In this document: positions 1-9,346 of the stretch, piece after piece
How positions within the stretch are numbered: the first letter of the stretch is position 1
Layout: each line of letters begins with the position of its first letter
Assembly: GCA_030526225.1 (NCBI GenBank)
Contig: JAUNDF010000001.1
Coordinates: 17,885 to 49,884, forward strand
DNA length: 32,000 nucleotides
Source of the DNA: Clostridia bacterium
GTDB lineage: Bacteria; Bacillota; Clostridia; Christensenellales; Aristaeellaceae
Reading direction: 5' to 3'
Program-made: the position numbers and the translations under genes
Notes under the pieces: model-generated
Seen by the model: the letters and a program-made list of their open reading frames with translations, nothing else
Databases searched by the model: none
Told to the model about the DNA's origin: nothing

Positions 1-387
1 CTGGATGGCTCCGGTCACCACAAGCCCCATGTGGCCGTGGGCGGCACCAGCAACATCCTCTCCTACCCCGAGTACAGCGATGTGGAGAAGGCCCGCAACT
101 TCCTGTCGCTGATGGAAACCCATGACAAGCTGGCATCCATCATCAGCCAGCAGGGTGAGATGGCCTTCACCGTGCGCATCGGCCCGGAAACCGGCGTGCC
201 CGAAATGAGCGATTGCTCCATCGTCACCGCCACATATTCAACCCGGTCCGGTGAGCAGGGCACCATCGGTGTCATCGGTCCCACCAGAATGCAGTACTCC
301 CGTGTCCTGTCCATCCTCAACACCATGGGTCAGCAGCTGACCGAACTGTTCGGCAGTCTGCCCCAGGACACGATTGATCACAAATAA
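1..387 (+). CDS. hrcA: Heat-inducible transcription repressor HrcA, C-terminal part (5' end outside the window)
   Basis: Frame 1 is open from base 1. The C-terminal sequence ...IGVIGPTRMQYSRVLSILNTMGQQL is HrcA-like. It lies directly upstream of grpE-dnaK-dnaJ, the canonical Firmicutes order. TAA stop at 385-387. Confidence 0.85.
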   Translation: MDGSGHHKPHVAVGGTSNILSYPEYSDVEKARNFLSLMETHDKLASIISQQGEMAFTVRIGPETGVPEMSDCSIVTATYSTRSGEQGTIGVIGPTRMQYSRVLSILNTMGQQLTELFGSLPQDTIDHK

Positions 388-407
388 AGGAAGGTCTTAC
401 ACAAACC

Positions 408-974
408 ATGAGCAAGAAGGAAAACAACATGCAGGAAAAAGAGCTGATTCAGGATATGCCCGAAGAGGCTCCTGCACAGGAAGCCGAAGAAACCGCCGAA
501 GCCGCCGAGGTTGTGGTGGATGATACCGCCGCAAAGCTGCAGGCCAAGTGTGATGAATACCTGGCCATGGCCCAGCGGATTCAGGCTGATTTCGACAACT
601 TCCGCCGCCGCACCGAATCCGTCCGTGCCGATGCGCTGGCTGAAGGCGGCCGCAAGGTTGCCGCAGAAATGCTGCCCGTGCTGGATAACCTGGAGCGCGC
701 ACTGGCCGCATCCGAAACGGCCGCCGATGCCTCTGCCATCCGCAGCGGCGTTGAACTGACCCTGCGCCAGCTCAACGATGCCTTCACCAAGCTGGACATC
801 GCCCCCATCGACCGGGTGGGCGAGCCCTTTGACCCCACGCTGGAAAACGCCGTGCTCATGGGCACCGCCGAGGAAGGCGAGCCCGGCCACGTATGCGCCG
901 TATTCCAGAAGGGCTACACCATGGGCGGCCATGTGATTCGTCACGCCATGGTCAAGGTTGTTTCCGAGGACTGA
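408..974 (+). CDS. grpE: Nucleotide exchange factor GrpE
   Basis: 188-aa ORF with an acidic N-terminus and a GrpE-like core (DNFRRR, LPVLDNLERA, GEPFDP..H.A). It sits between hrcA and dnaK. The start could instead be the ATG at 429, which has a better-spaced AAGGA. TGA stop. Confidence 0.9.
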   Translation: MSKKENNMQEKELIQDMPEEAPAQEAEETAEAAEVVVDDTAAKLQAKCDEYLAMAQRIQADFDNFRRRTESVRADALAEGGRKVAAEMLPVLDNLERALAASETAADASAIRSGVELTLRQLNDAFTKLDIAPIDRVGEPFDPTLENAVLMGTAEEGEPGHVCAVFQKGYTMGGHVIRHAMVKVVSED

Positions 975-989
975 TTCCCCACCTTCGCC

Positions 990-1013
990 AGAAAAGAGCC
1001 AGCCGCTCTTTCT
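990..1013 (+). other. Imperfect stem-loop in the grpE-dnaK intergenic spacer
   Basis: AGAAAAGAGC cagcc GCTCTTTCT gives a stem of about 9 bp with no following T-run. It may be a processing or attenuation hairpin. Read by eye. Confidence 0.25.
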
Positions 1014-1072
1014 GAATATAGATTGTTTAACCATTCCCAAACAAACCGTTTGAAAAATAGGAGGAAAAAACT

Positions 1073-2893
<1,821 letters not shown>

Positions 2894-2912
2894 TCTGATT
2901 TCAATCACATGG

Positions 2913-2961
2913 GTCCCCGGAGGGTTTCCTTCCGGGGACGTCCTGCGATAAAGTGCAGGAC
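2913..2961 (+). other. Two adjacent stem-loops between dnaK and dnaJ
   Basis: GTCCCCGGA-n9-TCCGGGGAC (2913-2939) is followed directly by GTCCTGC-n8-GCAGGAC (2940-2961), with no T-run. This may be an intra-operon attenuator or mRNA-stability element. Confidence 0.3.
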
Positions 2962-2977
2962 AGAGAGGTGAATTACT

Positions 2978-4093
2978 TTGGCACAGAAACGCGATTATTA
3001 CGAGGTGCTCGGCGTCGGCAAGGACGCCACCCCCGAACAGATTAAATCCGCATACCGCAAAAAGGCAAAGGAGTGCCACCCTGACCTGCACCCCAACGAC
3101 AAGGAGGCAGAGGAGCGCTTCAAGGAACTGAACGAGGCAAACGAGGTGCTTTCCGACAAGGACAAGCGCGCCCGCTAGGACCCGATCGGCGACAACGAGC
3201 CCGGCAAGGGCGGCAATCCCTTCGGCGGCGGATTCGATTTCGGCGGCATGGGTGATTTCAGCAGCATCTTCGATCAGCTGTTCAACGGCGGCTCTGCCGG
3301 CGCACGGCGCAACGGCCCTGTACAGGGCAATGACCTGCGCTATGAGCTGCGCATCACCTTCGAAGAGGCAGCCAAGGGCTGCAAGAAGTCCTTTGACTTC
3401 TACCGCAACGAAAACTGCGATGTCTGCAGCGGCTCCGGTGCCAAGCCCGGCACCCAGCCCGTCACCTGCCAGACCTGCCATGGTGCAGGTCAGGTCCGCG
3501 TATCCGCCGGCTTTATGACCACAGTCCGCACCTGTACCGCCTGCGGCGGCTCCGGCCAGACCATCAAGGATAAGTGTACTGCCTGCGGCGGCTCCGGCCA
3601 CAAGCGTGTACGCCGCACCGCCAACCCCAACATCCCCGCCGGCATCGACAACGGCCAGACCATTGTGATGAACGGACAGGGCGAGCCCGGCCTGCGCGGC
3701 GGCCCCAACGGCGATTTGTACATCACCGTGCTGGTCAAGCCCCACAAGATTTTCCGCCGGGAAGGCTACAACCTGCTGCTGGAGCTGCCCATCAGCTTCA
3801 CCCAGGCTGCCCTGGGCGCTGAGGTGGATGTCCCCACCCTGGACGGCACCATCAAGCACAAGATTCCCGAGGGAACCCAGAGCGGCACCGAGTTCCGCCT
3901 GAAGGGCTACGGCATTCAGCAGCTGCGCTCCTCCGCCAAGGGTGACCTGATTGTGAAGGTCAAGGTGGAGATTCCCCGCAGCCTGACCGAAAAGCAGAAG
4001 GACATCCTCCGCCAGTTTGATGAAACCACCACCGGCCACGAATTTGAGGGCCGCAAGTCCTTCATCGACAAGGTCAAGGATTTGTTCAATTAA
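2978..4093 (+). pseudogene. dnaJ: Molecular chaperone DnaJ, interrupted by a single in-frame TAG at 3176-3178. Pieces are 2978-3178 (J domain) and 3248-4093 (Zn finger + C-terminal domains).
   Basis: TTG start after GAGAGG. The J domain carries HPD (CHPDLHPND). Both ORF pieces share one frame (3248-2978 = 270). The downstream part has a Gly/Phe stretch, four CxxCxGxG motifs and DnaJ C-terminal domains. Read through, it is a normal-length 371-codon DnaJ. TAA stop. Confidence 0.88.
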
Positions 4094-4100
4094 ACACATT

Positions 4101-4131
4101 CACCCCGCAGCAGCTGCCGCGGGGTGTTTTT
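4101..4131 (+). terminator. Rho-independent terminator after dnaJ
   Basis: CACCCCGC...GCGGGGTG GC-rich hairpin followed by TTTTT, 8 nt after the dnaJ stop. Confidence 0.7.
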
Positions 4132-4140
4132 GTGCGCGTC

Positions 4141-4186
4141 AAAAAGCGGCCGCCCCTTTCATTCGGGGACAGCCGCTGCTTTTTTA
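4141..4186. terminator. Bidirectional terminator at the convergence point
   Basis: AAAAA-AGCGGCCGCCCC-tttcatt-CGGGGacaGCCGCT-gcTTTTTT. The hairpin is flanked by an A-run and a T-run. It serves the minus-strand gene ending at 4184 and backs up dnaJ termination. Confidence 0.65.
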
Positions 4187-4813
4187 CAGCTTGAAGCGCT
4201 TGTGCATGTATTCCACAATCATGTCCACGCAGTCCTCTTCCGACAGGCTGACGGTGTTCAGACACAGGTCATAATTGGCGGGATCCTGCCACATTTCGCC
4301 GGTGAAATACTTGAAGTAATCGGCGCGCTGCTTATCCATTTTGGCAATCTTCTCTTCGGCCTCTTCCGCAGTCAGGCCTTCGGCCTCCGACACGTTGCGG
4401 ACGCACTGCCAGATGGGAGAAGAAATGTACACGCGGGCCACATTGTTCAGTCCGCGCAGCACATGGTTGGAGCAGCGGCCCAGAATCACGCAGTCCTTTT
4501 CGGATGCAAGGTCCTGAATGATTTTTGCCTGGAATCTGAACAGGTTTTCCTTTGATTCGTACTGACCGCTGTCCTTGTCATGGACAATGTCGATGTACAT
4601 CTTTTTTGCGTTGGGCAGCAGGGGCATACGAATCTTGCTGGCATTGGCCTTTTCAAAATTCTTTTCGTCGATGCCGCTCTCTTCCGCTGCCATCTGGATA
4701 ATATTGCGGTCATACAGCTCGTAGCCAAGCTTTTCGGCCAGCATGGTACCCACCTTTTGGCCGGCACTGCCATAGCTGCGGGCAATGGTAACAACATGGT
4801 TTTTCATTTGCAT
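4184..4813 (-). CDS. Cytidylate kinase-like family protein (P-loop NTPase-like)
   Basis: 209 aa. The N-terminus VVTIARSYGSAGQKVGTMLAEKLGYELYDRNII is typical of the cytidylate_kin2-type family. RBS AGGAGGA. TAA stop. Confidence 0.75.
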   Translation of the reverse strand: MQMKNHVVTIARSYGSAGQKVGTMLAEKLGYELYDRNIIQMAAEESGIDEKNFEKANASKIRMPLLPNAKKMYIDIVHDKDSGQYESKENLFRFQAKIIQDLASEKDCVILGRCSNHVLRGLNNVARVYISSPIWQCVRNVSEAEGLTAEEAEEKIAKMDKQRADYFKYFTGEMWQDPANYDLCLNTVSLSEEDCVDMIVEYMHKRFKL

Positions 4814-4858
4814 TCCTCCTGTATCAAGACGGGCTCAGGAAAGCCTCTATCTGCTTTC

Positions 4859-4886
4859 ATTATACGGATATCCCGATAAAAATCAA
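4859..4886 (-). promoter_or_regulatory. Putative sigma-70-type promoter (TTGATT-N16-TATAAT)
   Basis: On the minus strand, -35 TTGATT is at 4881-4886 and -10 TATAAT at 4859-4864. This is about 45 nt upstream of the ATG at 4813. Confidence 0.5.
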
Positions 4887-4921
4887 TACGGATTCACACT
4901 GTCACGGCACAAGAAGTTTCC

Positions 4922-5809
4922 TTATTCTTCCAGATACAGTGCTTGCAGCCGTTTTCTCTTTTCCTCCGTCAGCCCCAGCGCATTTGTCAGATACTGCTGC
5001 ATGGAGCCGTACTGCTTTTCTGCCGCATCAATGGCCCGTTCCATGTAGGCAGGCAGCACACCGCCGATGGTACGCAGGGTGTTGACCGTATCGTCATCCA
5101 GATTCTGCGTGCCGGCGTAAATCAGCATCTGATCGAGAATGGGTCTGTAGTAGGCATTGGTCAGTGCAAAATCCTCCATGACCGTCTGACGGTCGGCACC
5201 GAGGGCAAACAGCACCAGCACGGCGGCGGTGCCGCAGCGGTCCTTGCCCTGGGAGCAGTGCCAAAGCACCGTAGCACCATCACGGGCAAGGATTTCATCA
5301 AACATCCGCGCATACTTCCCGCGGGCTTCCTCATCGGTTAGCAGAAACGTGTACATGTCCCGCATGTAATTCTGCATGGCAGATGTTTTGGCATAAACGC
5401 AGGCCTGCTCAATGCCCGGCAGCGCCCTGACATCCTTGCCCAGCCGCGCCACCTCTTCCCCCATGGCCCTGCGCATGGCCACAAGGCTCTTTCCGGCCAC
5501 ATCCAGATGTACAGTCTCCGCACCATCCGGCAGGCGGTCGGGTGCCACACGCATTTCGTCCTCCGTGCGCAGATCGATGACCAGCCGCAGCCCTGCCAGC
5601 TTCTCCAGATCGCTGTCTGTCGCACGGGACAGGGCCGCCGTCCGGTACAGCTTGCCGGGCTTGATTTTCCGCCCGTCCGCCATCACATAGCCGCCCAGGT
5701 CCCGGGCATTGGCCACGCCCTCCAGCCCCAAGGCATGTGGCAGAGAATCACCGTCCACGGCGCGCCATTCCCGTGCAGATGCACCGGACATATGATTGTC
5801 AACCTTCAT
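4922..5809 (-). CDS. Tyrosine-protein phosphatase (CX5R, Y_phosphatase3-like family)
   Basis: 295 aa with the active-site motif HCSQGKDRCG (C-x5-R) and an N-terminal NARDLGG motif typical of this bacterial PTP family. TAA stop. Confidence 0.8.
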   Translation of the reverse strand: MKVDNHMSGASAREWRAVDGDSLPHALGLEGVANARDLGGYVMADGRKIKPGKLYRTAALSRATDSDLEKLAGLRLVIDLRTEDEMRVAPDRLPDGAETVHLDVAGKSLVAMRRAMGEEVARLGKDVRALPGIEQACVYAKTSAMQNYMRDMYTFLLTDEEARGKYARMFDEILARDGATVLWHCSQGKDRCGTAAVLVLFALGADRQTVMEDFALTNAYYRPILDQMLIYAGTQNLDDDTVNTLRTIGGVLPAYMERAIDAAEKQYGSMQQYLTNALGLTEEKRKRLQALYLEE

Positions 5810-5855
5810 GGGGATTCACCCGCTTTCATTCTGTTTATGTGATTCTGTCAATGTG

Positions 5856-5888
5856 AAAAAGGCGCTCCATCCCGCAGGATGAAGCACC
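5856..5888 (-). terminator. Putative rho-independent terminator after the STAS/kinase gene
   Basis: Minus strand: GGTGCTTCATCC-tgcg-GGATGGAGCGCC (imperfect) followed by TTTTT, 14 nt after the stop at 5902. Confidence 0.5.
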
Positions 5889-5901
5889 GCAAGAGCAGGG
5901 A

Positions 5902-7116
5902 TTACAGGCTGCGCAGGGCTTCCCGCAATGCAGCCTCGTTGGGCTCAATCACGCCGCGCAGATGGCGCTCCACAAACGCGGGGCGCATGGGCACCAGAGA
6001 ATCGAAATTCTGTGCCACGGACATCACGGCGTTGAAGGAGAACAGCAGCTTCATCTGATGATGGAAGGCAGCCACCGCAGCTTCATCCTCACTGCCGGCC
6101 TCGATTTCAAAGAAGCGCTTGCCGATTTTCAGGATATCCTCCACCTCCATATCCACGGAGACAGCGGCCTTCTGGCGCATTTCGGGGATGGGAGAGCCGG
6201 GCCATGTGACCAGATCGCGGTACACGCCCACCAGATCATATTTGCCGGGACCCACGCAGATTTCCGGCATGTCAATGAGCAGCAGCTCGCCATCCTGAAT
6301 CATGATGTTGCCGGGGTGCAAATCACCGTGGATGGGCTCGGTGGCATCGCGCATTTCATCCACCAGACTGTGCAGCAGCGCAGCCTCCTCGGGGGTGCAG
6401 TATTCGGCCATCACATTGGCGCGCTCGTGAAGCACATCCTTCAGGTTGGGGAAAATGCCGGCGGGCAGGCTGTTTTCGTGCAGTTCCCTGACGAAGGCCA
6501 CGTACTTCTGCGTCAGCTCTTCAAACTGTTCGGGATGAGTCTTGTAGGCATGGGACAGGGTATCGGAGCGAATCATTTCGTACACGATGCCCATGCGGCC
6601 ATCCTTGCAATGCACCACATCGTAGGAGATGGCCGTGGGCACGCCGTTGAGCAGCGCAGCCTTGGCACACTGCAGCTCCTGCTCGATTTCCTCCGGCTTA
6701 AAGCCCTCCCGGTAGACCTTGACGATGGTATCCTGATCGATGCGGTAAACCGTGCCGCAGCCGCCCCGGCCAACCACCTTGCAGCCCTCCACATCAATCA
6801 CGCGCGGTGCCTTGTGCACGGTGAAGATGTCCAGAAAGCCGGTCATTTCCAGCACGTTGTAGATTTCCTGATTCACATTGGCCAGCTCGATTTCCTGCTC
6901 GGCCTTGCGAAGGCGCATGAACACGCGCAGGCCCGCGGAGGAAATGTACTCCAGCCCATCCAGATCGATGGTCATGCACTTGCCGGGATGGTCCTTGCGG
7001 CTTTCCAGCAGCTCCTTCTCCACCTCAGCGGCGTTGTTGGAATCCACACGGCCTCTCATGCGGAAAATCATCCGGCTGTCGGTTTCCTTATGAAATGAAA
7101 TCATGGCGTAGCTCAT
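5902..7116 (-). CDS. Fusion protein: N-terminal STAS (anti-sigma antagonist-like) domain + protein-kinase-like/aminoglycoside-phosphotransferase-fold domain
   Basis: Start trimmed to the ATG at 7116 (AAAGGAG, 8-nt spacer). The track ORF extends to 7155. STAS motif DLDGLEYISSAGLRVF. Kinase-like motifs GRGGCGTVY, IVKVY, HGDLHPGNIM and LIDMPE. TAA stop. Confidence 0.8.
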   Translation of the reverse strand: MSYAMISFHKETDSRMIFRMRGRVDSNNAAEVEKELLESRKDHPGKCMTIDLDGLEYISSAGLRVFMRLRKAEQEIELANVNQEIYNVLEMTGFLDIFTVHKAPRVIDVEGCKVVGRGGCGTVYRIDQDTIVKVYREGFKPEEIEQELQCAKAALLNGVPTAISYDVVHCKDGRMGIVYEMIRSDTLSHAYKTHPEQFEELTQKYVAFVRELHENSLPAGIFPNLKDVLHERANVMAEYCTPEEAALLHSLVDEMRDATEPIHGDLHPGNIMIQDGELLLIDMPEICVGPGKYDLVGVYRDLVTWPGSPIPEMRQKAAVSVDMEVEDILKIGKRFFEIEAGSEDEAAVAAFHHQMKLLFSFNAVMSVAQNFDSLVPMRPAFVERHLRGVIEPNEAALREALRSL

Positions 7117-7193
7117 GCTTGTGTCGCTCCTTTTTCTTGCGGCAGTCGGGGGCATTATGCGCAGCCCCGCAGAAGGAAAATCATTCTGATTCC

Positions 7194-7222
7194 ATTATAG
7201 CCTTTTGCAGGATGTCCGTCAA
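7194..7222 (-). promoter_or_regulatory. Near-consensus sigma-70-type promoter (TTGACG-N17-TATAAT) for the STAS/kinase gene
   Basis: On the minus strand, -35 TTGACG is at 7217-7222 and -10 TATAAT at 7194-7199 with an exact 17-nt spacer. This is about 78 nt upstream of the ATG at 7116. Confidence 0.6.
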
Positions 7223-7318
7223 TGCACAGGGCCGGTTATTGGCGTGTATGGCCTTCATTCATGAAGATATGTTCCCCGGCAAAGACCGGCGTGCCGTCAT
7301 AGGAATGATTTTTCATGC

Positions 7319-7349
7319 AAAAGCAGCCCGGAAATGTTCTCCGGGCCGC
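7319..7349 (-). terminator. Rho-independent terminator after the MBL/LTD gene
   Basis: Minus strand: GCGGCCCGGA-gaacattt-CCGGGCTGC followed by TTTT, 12 nt after the stop at 7361. Confidence 0.6.
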
Positions 7350-7360
7350 ATGGCTTTGTA

Positions 7361-8521
7361 TCATTCCAGCTTGGACAGCAGCCTGCCCCAGTCATCAAAC
7401 AGGTAGGCGGTATCAGGCTTTTTCTTGTTCCACACCTTGGTATCCTGCCACACAAAATGGCCTTCACTGCCGGAATCAAGCGCGGATATGGTCAGCTCCT
7501 GTCCGGGCTGAATCTGCGTTCCTTCCGGAAACACGAATACTTCCCCGCCGGTGCCGGAATAGATGAACCAGCCGGAAAGGTCGATGGCTTCGCCCCCGTG
7601 GTTGGTCACGGAAACCGTGTCCTGCGCCGCGCTCTTGTCAGTAATGTGCACACCGCTTTTCACCGGCGGCATGTCATATTCGCCCATGGAGACAATCTCA
7701 GCCTCGCCGTTTTGCAGCAGTACCTTCACCCCACGCACCGCGGACTGGGTGATGGCAATCCTTGCCCCTGCGTTTTTCAGCGACTTCAGGATGCGCTTGT
7801 TGGGCGTATCCTCCTTTTCCGCGCTGCTGGTGGAAATCACAGCCACCTTGGGGGCGGTCAGGCTGATGAGTGCATCGGAGCAGGTGTCATTGTCCGCATG
7901 ATTGCCCACCTTCAGCACATCCACCTTGGGAATCACCCCGGCGGCCATCAGTGTTTCCTCCTCGGGGAATTCCATATCGCCGCACAGCAGCATGGTGCCG
8001 TCCGCAGTGTCAGCCAGCAGAACCAGCGAGTTGTTGTCCTCCTTGTCGCTGGCCTGACGGATGGGGCCCAGCACCCGCAGTGTCCCTCGAGCAAGGGGCA
8101 GCTCATCCCCCGCAGACAGCCACTGCACCTGTGCATCCGTGTACTTCAGCGCCTTCACCAGCGGATGCTTCTCCGGATTGCCGTCCACCGTCATGGGAGA
8201 TGCATACCAGCCCTCCACGATCACATTGCCGCACGTCAGGCCATTGAGCCCGCCCACATGGTCGCTGTCCCCGTGGGTGATGATGATCCCGTCAAGGCGG
8301 GTGATGCCCAGGGCCTTCAGTGCCGCGGAAATGTCGCCGTAATGCTTCTTCCGGGCGGTATCAATCATGTAGCAGTATGTGCCGTCCATCAAAAGAAGGC
8401 AGTCTGCCTTGCCCACGTTCAGGGCAATCAGCGTCAGGCCCGGCGTTTCACTCTGTGCCAGACCCATACAGGGCAGCACAGCCAGCAAGATGGCCAGCAG
8501 AACAGAAATAATTCTTTTCAT
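7361..8521 (-). CDS. Secreted MBL-fold metallo-hydrolase (ComEC-type beta-lactamase domain) with C-terminal lamin-tail-like domain
   Basis: 386 aa. Signal peptide MKRIISVLLAILLAVLPCMGLAQS. MBL motif IIITHGDSDHVGG plus downstream GDMEFP and VGNH. The C-terminal 100 aa (ITDKSAAQDTVSVTNHGGEAIDLSGWFIYS...FVFPEGTQIQPGQELTI) resembles LTD domains. RBS GGAAAGGAG. TGA stop. Confidence 0.75.
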   Translation of the reverse strand: MKRIISVLLAILLAVLPCMGLAQSETPGLTLIALNVGKADCLLLMDGTYCYMIDTARKKHYGDISAALKALGITRLDGIIITHGDSDHVGGLNGLTCGNVIVEGWYASPMTVDGNPEKHPLVKALKYTDAQVQWLSAGDELPLARGTLRVLGPIRQASDKEDNNSLVLLADTADGTMLLCGDMEFPEEETLMAAGVIPKVDVLKVGNHADNDTCSDALISLTAPKVAVISTSSAEKEDTPNKRILKSLKNAGARIAITQSAVRGVKVLLQNGEAEIVSMGEYDMPPVKSGVHITDKSAAQDTVSVTNHGGEAIDLSGWFIYSGTGGEVFVFPEGTQIQPGQELTISALDSGSEGHFVWQDTKVWNKKKPDTAYLFDDWGRLLSKLE

Positions 8522-8560
8522 ATGCAGAGCTCCTTTCCCTTGGGAGTGTGCAGCAGGGTG

Positions 8561-9346
8561 TTATTGGGACAGGCTGTTTTTTACATCCAGCAGCATCTGC
8601 CGCATTTGATCAAAGCAGGCAGGGCTTGCGGCCAGAATCGGCACGGGCTTGTCATAGCTGATTTCTTCCCCGGTGATGGCGCACACCTTGCCGCCGGCTT
8701 CCTCCACCAGCAGGTTTCCGGCGCAGTAATCCCAGGGCTGCAGCCGCCATTCATAGAAGGCATCCGCCCGACCGGCAGCCACATCGCACAAATCAAGAGC
8801 CGCCGTACCGCAGCGGCGGATGTCGGAGCAGGCGGCAAGCACCTTCCGCATGCTTTCGATGGACAGGTCCCACAGCTCCTCATAGTAAGGGGCCGTACCG
8901 GCATCCACCAGCGCGTTATGGAAGGGCGTATCCGCCACCTGCAGCTTTTTGCCGTTGCAGTAAGCGCCCTCGCCGCGCTTGGCGGTATACAGGTCATCGT
9001 GATAGGGATCGTAGATGGCACCGAACACCGGCTTGCCGTTTTCCACCGCGCCGATGGAAATCACGCTGTAGCGGCGGTGGCGCATGAAGTTGGTGGTGCC
9101 GTCAATGGGGTCCACCACAAAGGTCAGACCATCGCCCAGATGATGCTCCTCTTCCTCCTCGCCCATAAAGGCGGCATCGGGGAAAGCCTTGTGCAGCTCC
9201 TCCATCACATACTGCTGTACGGCGATGTCGGCCTCGGTCACAAAGTTGGCATGGCCTTCCTTTTCATACACGGCGGGTGCCTCGTAGGAGAGCATCTTCT
9301 GTCCCGCCGCACGGATAATGGCAGAAAGCGTTTCAATCTCATTCAT
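8561..9346 (-). CDS. Inositol monophosphatase family protein (SuhB/IMPase-like)
   Basis: 261 aa with signature motifs FVVDPIDGTTNF and WDYCAG. The start overlaps the upstream gene's stop by 8 nt. TAA stop. Confidence 0.88.
   Translation of the reverse strand: MNEIETLSAIIRAAGQKMLSYEAPAVYEKEGHANFVTEADIAVQQYVMEELHKAFPDAAFMGEEEEEHHLGDGLTFVVDPIDGTTNFMRHRRYSVISIGAVENGKPVFGAIYDPYHDDLYTAKRGEGAYCNGKKLQVADTPFHNALVDAGTAPYYEELWDLSIESMRKVLAACSDIRRCGTAALDLCDVAAGRADAFYEWRLQPWDYCAGNLLVEEAGGKVCAITGEEISYDKPVPILAASPACFDQMRQMLLDVKNSLSQ

Noticed and set aside
1-1072. CIRCE operator (TTAGCACTC-N9-GAGTGCTAA) expected for an HrcA-controlled operon
   Set aside because: I found no such inverted repeat upstream of grpE or dnaK in the window. 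The operon promoter and CIRCE presumably lie upstream of hrcA, outside the window. The 990-1013 hairpin has unrelated sequence.
7236-7316. A 26-codon minus-strand ORF (MKNHSYDGTPVFAGEHIFMNEGHTRQ) in the 244-nt spacer between the MBL gene and the STAS/kinase gene
   Set aside because: It has no Shine-Dalgarno, because the ATG directly follows the terminator T-run. It lies between a terminator and the next promoter, so it is probably untranscribed. It may be a gene remnant, but nothing supports expression.
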